A stretch of 64,000 bases of DNA, taken from the NCBI GenBank assembly GCA_964016885.1, contig CAXHJY010001274.1:62001-126000 (forward strand), written 5' to 3'. A program made the translations under genes and the position numbers. Origin of the DNA: Eledone cirrhosa (taxonomy: Eukaryota). Positions 40,243 through 53,604 of the stretch are shown here, one piece after another (position 1 is the first letter of the stretch; each line of letters starts with the position of its first letter). The notes below the pieces were generated by a model. It ran no database searches, was not told the origin of the DNA, and saw only the letters and a list, made by a program, of their open reading frames with translations.

Positions 40243-40893
40243 CACGCACACAAACATATATATATATATATAACTGTTTGTGCGTGAATGCGGGTATTGA
40301 TCTAAATATCTATCTATCATTTTACATTATTTTTAATCTATTTCTACATCTGCCGGAGATCAGTCAAGGGTAAACGATTAAGTAAGCTAAGAGATAGGTG
40401 AATGGACTGAAAGATAGATTGACAGACACGGAAACACAGAGTCAGAGAGACGGGAAGGCAGACAGACTGACAGATAGCCAGAATAGATAGATAAATAGAG
40501 AGAGAGAGAGAGAAAGAGACAGACGATTTTGTATTTTCTTTTGGCTTAGTCAAAGAAAGAATGACAGAGTTGATAACATCGACCTTTGTTGCAAGATACT
40601 TTCTAATCTACCGCCCCAGAACAAAGCCAGGCCATCCGACTGATTTCCGCAAAATTTCCGATAATGTAGTCCTAGATATACTATGTCTCAAAAAAATGTA
40701 CAGTCATTGCTGGAGCGCATATATGTTTTCCTGGATTTGCTAGATAAGGGTTGATCTGGTGTTAAACCAAAACAACTGCAATTTCCTGCATGACCTGAAG
40801 CTTTTGTAGAGGAAATCAGCTTAAAGTACTGCGAAATATGATCGTCCCTGGAACTTCGCAGATATATCTAATGGCAAATCACACGGGAGATTG

Positions 40894-40959
<66 letters not shown>

Positions 40960-40960
40960 G

Positions 40961-40995
<35 letters not shown>

Positions 40996-41548
40996 GGAGT
41001 AAGAATAAATGAAATAGAGGCTGTGAAGAAGAGGGAGAGCGAATGTTTGGTAGATAGCGAAGCAGGTTGTACAGACAAAACAAACTGCCTGACGGTTTGA
41101 GTTGTTGCTTATTTTCTATATCAGCTCTGATGAAGCCGAAAACCTATGTTTTGGGGATTTCCGGTCATGCCCCTACTATATTGTTTTCTGCAATACGGTA
41201 TACAGAACTACGTCATTCGACCACATGGAACGTAACAGTTCGACACGGATAGAAAGTCTGCTTAACACCGTGACAGATGTAGAAGGAAGACCAGTAAAAT
41301 GTAAAGATATCGCATTGTTAATTTTCAATGAAAAACAAATAGATCATGTCAACGTTCGCAGACAGACATTAAAATAAAAGCTAAAGAAACAAATATTATC
41401 AGTGTATTTCCCTATTCTATCTATGTACTTAACGTGTCTATCTATTTATCTCTGCATTTAACAATTTTTGTATCTATCTATGCATCTATCATACAATTTA
41501 TGTGTGTAAATCTGCGCATGTTTTTGTGTGTTATATATATATATGCAC

Positions 41549-41676
<128 letters not shown>

Positions 41677-41729
41677 ATTGGAAGCTTAGTAAAATCGAAG
41701 CTTTGGCTGTGGGCAAACAAAGTCGACCT

Positions 41730-41777
<48 letters not shown>

Positions 41778-41779
<2 letters not shown>

Positions 41780-41910
41780 CGAAGGAAATGTGGTAAGGAA
41801 CCAGGTGGACCATAACGCACAAAAGTACTCAATACTTAGGGTAGTAGAGTGGGTAATAGGAACCAGTAAGACCCCGACGGCTGAGCTCAGCCGTCGGGGT
41901 CTTACTGGTT

Positions 41911-41914
<4 letters not shown>
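41778..41914. mobile_element. Palindromic mini-element copy with a short perfect palindrome
   Basis: taggaaccagtaagaccccgacggctgagctcagccgtcggggtcttactggttccta plus the conserved tail; (TA)n on both sides. Confidence 0.82.
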
Positions 41915-41955
<41 letters not shown>

Positions 41956-42145
41956 TTGGGTTTGTTGGTTCACCACTGGATAGAACTGGTCATTCTGTGT
42001 GGTCAACCACGATGTAATGTTAAGGAAAGCACTCAACGTAATCCAACTCACCCTTCTTCGTTTGTGTAGTTGGTGGTGCGAGTACGGAGTTAATTATTAC
42101 AAAATAACAGGAGGCATGTACTGGTGTAAATCCTTGAAAGGTTTA

Positions 42146-42206
42146 TTATACTATGATCATTTCAATAACCGGGTTCAGTATGAATCCGGTGACATCATCA
42201 GGTAAT
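42146..42206 (-). ncRNA. Minimal type I hammerhead ribozyme
   Basis: RC: tac-CTGATGA-tgtcaccgg..ccggttatt-GAAA-tgatca-TA-gta, then AATAAA. Confidence 0.7.
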
Positions 42207-43735
42207 TCAAAATATAACGAAGGAATAAAACAAAAATTCATGGTGTTTAAATCAGAGACAGGGGGGTGGCCGGCAATTTAGCAGCTTCTAGCTACATCGA
42301 CCGCCCTCAAGTGCTGATTATTGGGTCTAGATACTACCATCTGGTGTGGGGGCGCAAGCCCTTAATGTACCACCACCATCCCGTCAGATGGGAATGTCAG
42401 TGCTGAGGTCACGCGTCAATCAGGCTGGTCAGGCATGCTCGATATTGCCGCGAAATATGTTTTTTCAAGGACAAACATCATCCGCGAAGACAGACATAGA
42501 GAATAAAAAGGGAGTGAGTGTGTGTGAATGAAAGAGAGATAGAGAGTGACAGAGAGAGTAGAACAGAGAGAGAGAGTGAGGGAGAATGAAAAACAGAGAG
42601 ATTGACTGAGAGAGTGAGAAAGAGAGAGTGTATGTAAGTGATATAGAGAGAAAGTGACAATTAATATAAGGAGACTTTTATGAAGAAGTTTAAGTGTGAT
42701 ATATATAGTCACGATAAATTGTCAGGGTGGTATATATAGTAAAAATACGCCCGTGCTAGTGGTCAATAACCAGCGACGACTGCGGGCCCCCGCGCCATCC
42801 ACCCCCTCCCCCGCGTGCCAGCTGTTCCGAGTAATATCGTCTAGCGAGAGAAATGGAAATTAGTTTTTCCGAGCACTCCAGGAATGTAACTGTCTTAGGC
42901 GTCGGTTGTGTCAGCGCGGAGCCGGCCCCTCGCCGGCTGGCCATCGTATATACCAAGTGGTTGGTATTATATCACACAGTGTGGGGGTTTAGTTAAGTGC
43001 TAGTAGGAAGAGGCATGATACAGCTAAAGGTTATGACTAAACCTAGAAAATAAAGGTAGTATTTGGCGGTCAATGCCAGCGGCGCGGCTAGTCCCAGGCC
43101 CGCCCTAGCCCCGGGACGAAGCAGCGTTTCCGAGTAATTTCGTTTATCGAAAGAAGAAGAAATCTATTTTTCCAAGCACTCAAGGAAGGCTAAAACGTCC
43201 GATTGCCCGGCGCACAATCAGGGAATCCGTCACATCCGTCGGATTATCGCGTATTACCAGACGATTAATATTTATTCACACCCGTGGTGTGAAGTTGAAA
43301 GTGGTAAAACGCGATGAAATGCGCTAATAGACTATATCTAGTCCCCATTTAGTCCGGGTTATATTAGTGTGGTTCTAGGGTGGGTAGGGGGAGTGAATAA
43401 GGAAACAGATATATGGGTACATAGAGTAATATTCCAGGTTCGTGTGCAAATGATCACAGTGGTAGTTATGTATTGGGAATAGAGCGAGTAAGTAAATACA
43501 TAAGTAAAAGGAATAATAAGCAAAATACAACATAAAAAATAAAAAGCCAAATACGTAAATAAATAAAACAATAAAAATACATAGATAAAATGCAGTCATA
43601 ACTAGGGTGGTGGTGCATGGAGTAAAACGGAAGTACAGAGAAGATATCGAAGAAATCAAAACATAGGGGAAATATATATATATATATATATATATATAAA
43701 GAGTCAGTACCCCCACGGCTGAGCTCATGCCGTTT

Positions 43736-43771
<36 letters not shown>

Positions 43772-43802
43772 CCCAGCATGTCCTCAGCCCGTCGGCTGGT
43801 AC

Positions 43803-43869
<67 letters not shown>

Positions 43870-44040
43870 TATATGTATATATCGCAGAAAATATCATACT
43901 CTGCTCTATGAGAGCATCGAGTGCTCATACGGACGCTTTAAGCATCCAACACCAATTATATATATATATATATATATATATATCATATTTTAAATGCTGG
44001 AGAGAACAACAAAGATTTATGAATACATATATATATAATT

Positions 44041-44220
44041 GTTTCTACTTTAGGCACAAGGCCAGCAATTACCCAGTGCATTACTGGTACTTTATTTTAT
44101 CGACCCCGTAAGGATGAAAGGCAAAGTCAACCTCGGCGGGATTTGAACTCAGATCGTAAAGGGACGTAACAATGCTTGAAAGCATGGCGTCCGACCCTCT
44201 ACTGATACTGCCAATACTGC
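44041..44220 (-). mobile_element. SINE family 1
   Basis: Reverse complement of the 19458 consensus. Confidence 0.78.
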
Positions 44221-44508
44221 ACAGTAAGAATGGACATAGATGTTCGGATGTCGAATTTAAAACGATATTTGAATATGATTTTTTGCTCTGCTTATAATAC
44301 GATTGTTAAACTTTCTCTTTTTCCATCTAATCGCATGGCTCGCTAGTCTCGCAATCTACATGCATTGAGCACACTAACCTTCCCTCTACTGACTAGTAAT
44401 CTGCATAACTAATCACTTTGTTCTTCTCCTGATTAGCTTACTTACTTTTTACTCTGTATATATATGTACCAGAAAAGGGATAAATACTACCATATAACTT
44501 GAACAGTC

Positions 44509-44559
44509 GGCTTCCTGATGATTTCTCCCGAATGAAACAGTTCTAGTCCAGTAGAAGCC
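44509..44559 (+). ncRNA. Hammerhead of the 17402 family with a covarying stem I
   Basis: ggcttc-CTGATGA-tttctcccgaat-GAAA-cag..cag-TA-gaagcc; stem III has one mismatch. Confidence 0.6.
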
Positions 44560-44706
44560 ATTTCTATATTAAATATTTATACTCTGCTATGTATTTAGTA
44601 CCTTACTTACTGTAGTTACCCCCGTTTGAACCCGAGATAAACTTATATATATATATATATTAAAATACAAATATTAATAAAATAGATGTTCTTGTGATTA
44701 ATTAAA

Positions 44707-44757
44707 TTGTATTATACATATTTCAGAGGTACAACAGTACGTCCTCATCAGATAAAA
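44707..44757 (-). ncRNA. Minimal hammerhead (10405 family)
   Basis: RC: ttttat-CTGATGA-ggacgtac..gtacctct-GAAA-tatgta-TA-atacaa. Confidence 0.55.
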
Positions 44758-44925
44758 TAAAATGAAACATGACATACCTTGAGATGTTAAATGGTTAAGA
44801 TTTAATCAATACATACATATACACTCAGAGTGTCCCAAAAACATGTATACACACTTCAACAGCATCCTAATAAATATTGCTTGTACAAGCAATCAAAGTG
44901 TGTATACATTTGGGGAGGGAGAAAC

Positions 44926-45025
<100 letters not shown>

Positions 45026-45775
45026 TGTGTGTGTGTGTGCGTGCGTGCGTGCGCAAGAGAGAGAGAGAGAGTGGCTGACAGACTGAATGACTGCTAGACA
45101 GATGTGTGTATAGTCTTCTTGATTTAATAATGATTATTGATATGTAGATTTATCTATTTCCTTATTTCCCCATGTCTCTCCGTGCATCTACATGCATGCG
45201 TGAGTGTGCGCATGCGTGTGCGTGTGCAAGTGCGCGTGTGTGTGCGTGTGCGCGTATGCTTGTGAGTGTGTACATGACCTTATCAGTTGCTTTCGAAGTT
45301 GTCTTCCTTCCGAGATAGATTAAATATAGAACCATTTTTATTGCTCATTCAGATGGGGAAAAGGTAACATCAATGATATTTATAGGGTGGTGGGGTGATT
45401 TGAAGAGATGGTACATCAAGTAGAGTCGTTTTAATAGGCTTCAACGTGAGTTCGATCAAACTTTGAAACATTCGATTATAAAAAGGAAGTTCTATGTAAA
45501 TAACCATGCTTTTGCTCCTGTATGCTAAATACATACGGTGATTTAATCAGCTATTCATTTCATATCTGGTAAAGGCATATCAATGCATCTGTGTAAGTTA
45601 GGCATCATTTAATGATTTATCAGATCAACCAATATGTATTTCTTTAATATCGTTACATAACACAGATTCTTCTAAACATTCTTAAGATAATTCAACGTGA
45701 TGAGAGTTTCCACCCAATCACATGGCATGCTAGAAAGAATAGCTATATCACTCTCAAATCCCACACCGCTACCTT

Positions 45776-46002
45776 CCTCTTCTTCTTCACCCACTTATTC
45801 CTGAGAGGGTCTTGGGGACAGAGTCTTCAAACACTCCTTCCAGTGGGTCCTGTCGGAATTACAGTCTCCAACTGATCCGGCTGGATCCCCAAGCGTGACC
45901 AGCCAAGCTCATGGATGTTATCCACGCATCATGCCCGGGGGGTCTACTCCTGGGTCTCTTGCCCTTAAAATCTGTCCGGCGATTCTTTCCTGAGACATTC
46001 TA
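45776..46002 (-). mobile_element. Short 3' fragment of the same RTE family
   Basis: Reverse complement matches 18436-18640 (agaatgtctcagga...gaccctctcag) and has a short GAA tail. Confidence 0.75.
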
Positions 46003-46726
46003 ACCACTATCTTGAAAACAAAAGTAAGCATTCGATAAGTTAGTCTTAGGTACAGTATGTCCGAAAATAAAACCATGATAATCTCGGCTAGAAGGCATTT
46101 TTTTATGTTGCTGTTCGACAAGGTTTGGTCTATGACTAAACAACACATACCAAAGCAACTTCAATGGGAGTATTAGCATATTTCCAACTTTCATAAAGAC
46201 AACAGCAGATATCAATTAATGACTGATGCTTATCAGTGTCAGTGAATTTCTTGACGTGATAAAAATGAATTAAAAAAAACTCTATAAAGCGTTCATCCGG
46301 TCAGACGAAACAGTTTATTAGTTTCTGCTATAAAAATATAACATAGATGAACAAAACGAACTAGTTCAGTCTGTGAGAATGCATCCACAATTTCTATTAA
46401 ATTTTATCTCTTTATTTCTTCGTTTGTTTGTTTTTTATATATATTTTACATACTGATGGAATAACTTTTCTCTTAATAGCCTTTAAACTAGCCTATTCTA
46501 TTTATTTGTTTTTGTTTTACTAGTTTTTAAAAAAATAAAATACTATCTTTTGTAAGGTTTGATCTCCGTTCGTCATTAGGTGACGAATGCAGTAGTATTT
46601 AAATTATATTTTATAAAACAGGAAGGATGAAATTTACAGACTGAAAGATTATTTCATTAGGATTCATAAAAAAAATTCATCTAAAGAAATTTTCGTTTAT
46701 AAAATTTTCATTCTTTGCTAATTAAT

Positions 46727-46914
46727 TGTTTCTACTTTTGGCACAAGGCCAGCAATTTCTTCAGTGTATTACTGGTACTTTATTTTATCGACCCCGTAAG
46801 GATGAAAGGCAAAGTTAACCTCGGCGGGATTTGAACTCAGATCATAAAGGGCCGTAACTCTTTGCTACAAAGCATGGCGTCCGACTCTCTACCGATACTA
46901 CCAATCCACCGCCC
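46727..46914 (-). mobile_element. SINE family 1
   Basis: Reverse complement of the 27888 copy. Confidence 0.78.
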
Positions 46915-47136
46915 TAATTATTCTTTGCTAAATAATAAACTCAAATAGTAGCTTTAACTAACATTTGACGGAGAATTAAATGAAATTCTCTCATCGTTAT
47001 ATTTAGAACAGCCTGGAAAATAGAAATGTTTTCTTCATTCTGCCAAACTTATCCCAGAAATCTTGAACAAAATTATTGCCAAATTGTCCCAGCCATAATG
47101 ATTTATTTTTATCAGATATAGGACGACATTATTCAA

Positions 47137-47342
47137 AGGTGGTGGATTGGCAGAGCGTCGGGCAACATGCTTAGTGGCATAGAGTTTTGCCCTTTTATGT
47201 TTTGAGTTCAAATCCCGCCGAGATGAGCTTTACCTTTCATCCTTACGGGGTCGAGAAAATAAACTACCAGTAATGCACTGGATCGATTTAATCGACTTTC
47301 CTCTCCTCAAAATTGGTTGGCCTTGTGCCTAAATCAGAAACA
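47137..47342 (+). mobile_element. SINE family 1
   Basis: ggtggattggcag..gagttcaaatcccgcc..ctttcatccttacggggtcga. Confidence 0.75.
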
Positions 47343-47966
47343 ATTATTCCATGTGTCTGTTTTGTAAGACGCTGTGGTGTAGTGTTACGCTGTTTAAGCG
47401 AGATTTGGTTGCAGTTTCTTCCTATTCAATGGATGGATGTATATATATGTACATATAAGAAGGTGTATTGATAGAGATACATTAGAGAAATAGTGAATCA
47501 AGGAAGAAAAAGAAGTCAGTAGATAAGGCAATGCCGTTAATATCAATGTTTTCATGGAACGTAATGTGTCACGTGAATGAGAATTTTGATTCTAGGGTGT
47601 GACTAACCTGATTATCAAAATCCTATTTTGTAGAAATGGCTTTTTGTCTTATTCTTAAGATGCATTAAACACCGATGTTTCAGGCAAGTTTTAAAGAGGT
47701 CTGTACAATTATATGTAGACTGGCACCACACCTTTTTGTAGATGTGGAGAGTGCATCTGTTGTTGACTGGCTGGGATCAATTGGGTGAAGTATGCTGAGT
47801 GCAACTTCAAGAAACGAGCAGGAGTTGTAATGGCGTTCGTATTGGCTTTATATAGAGGGAGAGGGAGGAGGAAAGAAAGAAACGTATATGTGATAGACAG
47901 ATATAGACATAGATAGATAGACACAGATAGACAGATATAGATAGACAGACAGAGAGACAGACAGAC

Positions 47967-48019
<53 letters not shown>

Positions 48020-48272
48020 GATAGATAGATAGATAAATAGATACCTTTCCATTTATTTGCCACCAGAGCATGAAAGATTGGGACAAATACAAAGGTGGGG
48101 GGGAGTTTACATACAATAAAACGAGTACAAAAATATAACAAACAAAATAAAACAATCGAAGTCCTCAATAGGGAGGGGGCGTTTTGGGGGTCGCACACAC
48201 CCCCGAAAAAATGCGCAACCCTTCTCCTCGGGAGCACAAAGAGAGGGTGCTCCCTTCTCCTATTCTTTCCAC

Positions 48273-51200
48273 CTACAGGCTGATGTAGAGAGAAGGCCCA
48301 TTCACAAGGGCCATTCTCGCCACTTTCACCCACCTTTCATAAAACTGGCTGGGATGGAGCACCTCTCTCTCCATCCTGATCCTCCTTCCGAAATTATATC
48401 GGAAGAAAAGGACCAATTGTTGGCCGGAGAGAAAGGTGTCCGACCTTAGTCCTTTCAAACGCGTCCACCATACAACCTCTTTCACCATGGCTATTACACA
48501 GAGGAAGACCGCCTCTCCTTCGTTTTTGAAGCGGGGAGGCGGTTTGATCGTAACAATGGATTCGGTGGTCAACCGGATTGGTCCCACTCGTGACAGCAGT
48601 CGTTCCGCATAGCTCCACAGGTCGGCAACGCCCGGGCAGTGTACCAATGCGTGCGCGACGGTTTCCTCGTCACGCACGCATCTCGGACAGATCTTTTTCG
48701 AAGGGTCCCTACCCGGGCGCCCGTGTCTGTAGAGCTTGTCTCGAACGGGCAGAGCCCCACGGTAGCACTGCCAAACCAGGGACCTCTGGAAGTTGTCCAT
48801 CGGTCCCCGGCCAAATGTCCTACCTGGCCAGTTCTTCCTCCTCCATGCCTAGGGCTTCTCCGAGGGCATCGTCGCACATGCTGCTGACCAACCCTCTATA
48901 GAATGTCGAGGTGGAGTCTCCACTGATAGCTGGTTCCGCCTGCCAAAGAGCCGTGAGCGCCTGAGCACACTCCGCGTGCAAGGCGGCCAGTTTTCTCGGT
49001 CTTTGCTTGACCCAGGATTGTAGCTCGGTAAGCGAGACGAGTCTGGGAAAGGCTCGCCTCACAAACGGGGCCCACACCGGTTGACCGGTGAGGAATACCT
49101 GGAGGTGCCGTAGCCTTAATGAGTATTTGCGCATCTGCAGCCAGGACTTCTTCCAAAGGAATTGGAAGAGTGCGCGCTCCATTTTGGTGAGCGTTTCACC
49201 TGGGCAAGGCACGGCAGTCAAGTGGTAATAGATGACGGACGCTATATAAGCGTTCGCCACTTACGCCCGACCTTTCAGGGATAGTTTGCACTCGGCCCAC
49301 TTCTGGGCCAGTGCAAACACTCTGTTCGTTACCTCACTCCAGTTCTTCTCCACCTGGAGGTCTGGTCCGAACCAAACCCCGAGCTGCTTCACCGGGCCCT
49401 CCGTCCAACGTCCGACGACGCCGTCGGAGGGCGTCGGTTTGCCCCTCCACGCGCTGAGTTGCAAACCGACGGACTTGTCCCGGTTCAGCTTCGCCCCTGT
49501 AAACCTTTCGTATTTCTCCAGTAAGGTGCCGATCGCCCCGATTTCCGAGGTATTCGACACCATTACTGTCACGTCATCGCCGTAGGCCGACACCGCTTTC
49601 CGCAATCCCGGTTCCAAAGGGATGCCCTGCAACAACTCCAACTTCCGCAGCACTGGCTCGAGAGCCAGCACATACAGAAGGGAGGAGAGAGGGCACTCCT
49701 GTCGGATGGACCGCACGATTTGGAACGGCTCCGAGAGGTTGCCGTTCACCTTGACCCTCGAGCAGATGCAGCTGCTGTGCATTGCAGTAATCCAGCCCCT
49801 GAAAACGGGTCCGAAACCTGCCGCTGCTAGCACCGCATCCAGGTAACCATGGTCGACCCTATCGAACGCTTTAGATTGATCCAAGTTGATCAGGGCCCCA
49901 CCAAAGCCGGGTTCATTCCCTACCCTCTCTATGATGTATCGCATGAGGTGGAGGTTGTCGTGAATGGACCTGGACGGGATAGCGAATGTCTGCACATCAC
50001 CCACCAGGTTGACCACGACAAGCGCCAACCTCTTTGCTAACACCTTGGCCAAAATCTTTAACTCCGCATTTAACAGAGTTATGGGCCTGAAATTACTTAT
50101 TTCATCCCCTTGTTCTTGTCCTTCCTCACTAGTGATACTACGCCCTTGGTCACAGAACAGGGAATTATCCCGTTCTATTGCCAGTTGCAGTAGACCGCCT
50201 CGAGGAGATCGGAGAAAAAGTCCGGCATCGCTACATAAAGTTCGTATGGAAGACCATCGAGACCCGGAGATTTGCGTTTGCCGCATTTCCTCAGCACGTC
50301 CCCTATTTCAGAAGCTGAAATTGGCCTTTCGCAGGACTTCGCCTCCTCGTTCGAAAGACGCGGTAGGCCGTCGAGGTACGGACCGAAATCCACATCCCCA
50401 TCCGGCCCCTCGCCCTTCCCGAACAGTCGTGCAAAGTGCCTTTGAAAGGCCTCACACATCTGTCCAGGTTCAAGGATCACCCGTCCATCCTGGTCCTTCA
50501 ACGACCGGATAGTGAATTTAATCCCACTTTTGGCTTCTGTCACCCGGGCCCAGCTAACAGCTTTGGCCCCCTCGTTTCCTAGAGCACGTATTTTGCTTCT
50601 GACAACGCAGCCTTCGTGCTTCGCGTCGAAAAACTGGTCTAAGGCCGTTTACGACGCTAGCAGTCTGGCTACGTTGCCGCTTCTAATCGCCTCTTCTACT
50701 CTATCTACCAACTCCCTTTCCTTCCTATTCCTATCTGAGGCTAATTCCTTACTAAAACCTATCAAGTCTACTCTAATCTCTCTCTTGAGAGAGCCCCACC
50801 ACCTGCTGTTGACGATAGCCCCCGTCAACCGTTCCTTAAGTAAAGCGCTAATCCGATCCCTGTAAGCTTTACTTGCCGGTAAGGACAAGTTCAGCTTCCA
50901 GTAACCGAGTCCCTGTCTATGCGTTCTATCAAGGTTGACTAAGCAGGTCACTAATTTGTGATCTGAATAGCCAACCATGCGCATCTCTGGACAACTTAGT
51001 AGGTCCCTATCCTTATTTCTAACTAGGACCCTATCTAGGTACGATCTAGATGATCCGCTACGGTTAGTCCAAGTCCAAGTTGGAGCAGTCGGAAAATCTA
51101 GTCGATATCTATCGGCCAGGTCAAATCGGCCGATTAACCGTTTGAGGCTCTTACACCCCCCCCCCCTCTATCGGGACATGCCCCTACATAGTCCTAACGT

Positions 51201-51629
51201 GCATCTAGGATACTATTCCAGTCCCCCACTAAAAGCAAGGAGCGGGACGTCCCTAGAAAAATCCCCAGACATTGGAAGAAGTCAGGCCTCGCTGTCCCAG
51301 GCGACCAGCCTAAAGGCTCCACCTTCACCACTGCCAACGTCTAGTACCACCAGTCGACCCTCAGGGTCCAAGTGCACCGTCTGCGTTGCGAGGCCCAGGT
51401 ATTTTTGCAGCAGAACGACAACCCCACCCCCACCTCCTGGCTGACAGAGAGATGCATAGATCTCAAAGTCGTTAAAGGTGGGGTCTAGCTGGCGTTCGCT
51501 GCTGACCCTGGACTCGCAAATAGCCATGACATTTATACTGCGCGACCTGAAGTCATTTAGAAGTTTTGCCTGCTTCCAGGGTGAGCTCAGACCACGTGCA
51601 TTCAAACATCCTACTCTCAATACAGCCAT
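48273..51629 (-). pseudogene. Frameshifted/deleted ORF2 (APE-RT-zinc finger) of the decayed Tx1-like copy
   Basis: Pieces MAVLRVGCLNARGL, YSDH/GYWKLN, SPGLDG, NFRPITLLN/DQSKAFDRV/QECPLS/YGDD and CPRC..HC lie in different frames, with stops. Confidence 0.9.
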
Positions 51630-51649
51630 GTTGGCGGCGAAGGGGAAGA

Positions 51650-53604
51650 AAAAGAAAAGGCACGTACCTCCTTACATCCCGGGGACCGGGCTGCACAACT
51701 TCCATGGGGGGGGGGGGCATCAGAGTGTGGTGGCGTTGGAGTGTTCGGTGTGGTGTGGGTGTCTGGGTGGGAGCGGGGAAATTTGTCAAGACGCCCTCAG
51801 GAAAATTGTCTTTTAGTTCTATATAAATGTCTATCGGAGTTTTAATCATTTTTAAAGAGGGGTTCTCTGTGTCCCTCGTGAAATTTGGCCCTTCGGTTTG
51901 CACCGAAGGGTTTTGTTCAATTTTGTTTACAAGTTTTATATTTGTTGTGTTAAAGTATGTGTATAGTTGTGTCTGTGTAATTTTTGTTGGTTTTTGTTCT
52001 GTATTTTGTTGTTTTGTTTTGGGGAGGGGTTATTTTTCTTTGTGTGGGTGCGGTGTGTTTTCTTTTTTGTTCGCTTTATTTTTTGGAAGGGTTCCCCCTC
52101 GTCTTCTGACGTTAAGGGATCCTCTTCCATGTTGGAGAGGATGGGTATATTTTGGGGTTTTGTTATGTATGTTGTTGGAGTTATTTAGGTGGGGAGGGGT
52201 TGGGTGGGACCGTGTTTAGTTTTTTGTTGACTTGTTGTGTTTGTTGTTTTGGGGGTGGTGATTGTGTTTTGTTTGTGGAGTTGTTTTAGGTGTGGAGGGG
52301 TTGGGTGGGTCCGTGTTCAGTATTTTGTTGACTTGTGGTGGTGGTGGTGGTGGTGGTGGTGGTGTTTTTGGAAGTGTTGGCAATAAAGGTTTTTTAGTTT
52401 GTTGAGGCCAGGCAGCCCTCAGGTGACCTCTGCCTCCACAGAGGTAGCAAGCGGGCCGCCTACCCTCAACTGCAATGTTCATAAATTGTGAGCCTTCCAG
52501 GGACACTCTTTGGGGTATCTTTGCGATACGTTCTGGTTTCATTCGAACCAGAACCTGTATGCCTATACCGCCAAAGTGGCCCCTGGTGGCTTTGCCTATA
52601 TCTAGGAGTTCATCTTCGTTGTCCAGTATCCCTGCTAGTATCCACCACATATTTTTATTTGGGTGTATACCGGAGATTGTTATTTTTTTTAGTTTTCTTC
52701 CCCATGTAGGTGGGGAAGAAAGTGTACTGTTTGGACACAATTGGCGACACCGAGTATTTTTGGGCCACCAATTGGTCCTTCATCAAAATTATCAGACTCC
52801 CATAAAACTTCCCTCTCTCAATAAAAATCATGTCCTTCAACGCGTCTTTTAAAGCCAGTTCAATTTGGCTATGCGATAATTGAGTTGGTTTTTTCGACGC
52901 ATCTGATATAGTTCTAAAATTAATTGTCCTTAGGACCGTGTCTCTTTTAATATCCTTAGGGGAGATTATGGTGAATTCACCGTTCTCACCAAAGCTCACA
53001 TGTTTTCTCCCCTCTTTTAGCAATTCCGCTGCATTACTGATGTGAACTGGGGTGAAAGGTTCGGTCTCCTTAACGACCTGGGCAAAGTATATTCGTGTAG
53101 TGGGGTCTTTTTTTGTGTTCCGTTGCTGTTGTTCTTGTTTTCTTGGGTGTTTGCGTTTTGGTTGTTGCTGTTTGCGGTACAAATTTTTGGGTTTTCACCC
53201 ATCTTTTCGTGTTTTGGGTTCACATTTATGTTGTTTTCTTTGACATTGTTGCTGCTGTTTTCGCTTTTGTGTGTGTTTGTGTTATTTTCTTTGTTATTTG
53301 TGTTGGTGTTGTTGGTGTCAGTGTAATTTATACATGCTTTCAATTTACTGTTTCCATTGTTTGGGTTATTACCCAAGTTTTTACAATTGTTCGCCAAATT
53401 CACTTCCATACTCGCATGCGAAAGCGAGAGAAGGGAATCTTCAGTAGGTTGAGTTACTTGTTCCTCTTTATCACTTTCTCTGGGGAGGGGGGGGGGGGGC
53501 GTGGTAGTGGTGTTTTCATGTATGATGTCCATTATTGTAAGTTGATATACAAATTTTTCAAAGTAGCTTTTACCCCCAAAAAGGGGTAAAAATAAAATAA
53601 CCAT
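51650..53604 (-). pseudogene. Frameshifted ORF1 of the decayed Tx1-like copy
   Basis: Pieces RTINFRTI, FFPTYMGKK, VEGRRPACYLCGGRGHLRAAW and PMEVVQP match the intact ORF1; the last knuckle Cys is replaced by Trp. Confidence 0.8.

Noticed and set aside
41126-41145. CTGATGAagccGAAA hammerhead-like core
   Set aside because: No pairing stem II or III and no matching stem I partner found.
46000-46215. 71-aa minus-strand ORF next to the RTE fragment
   Set aside because: No recognisable domain; a length expected by chance.
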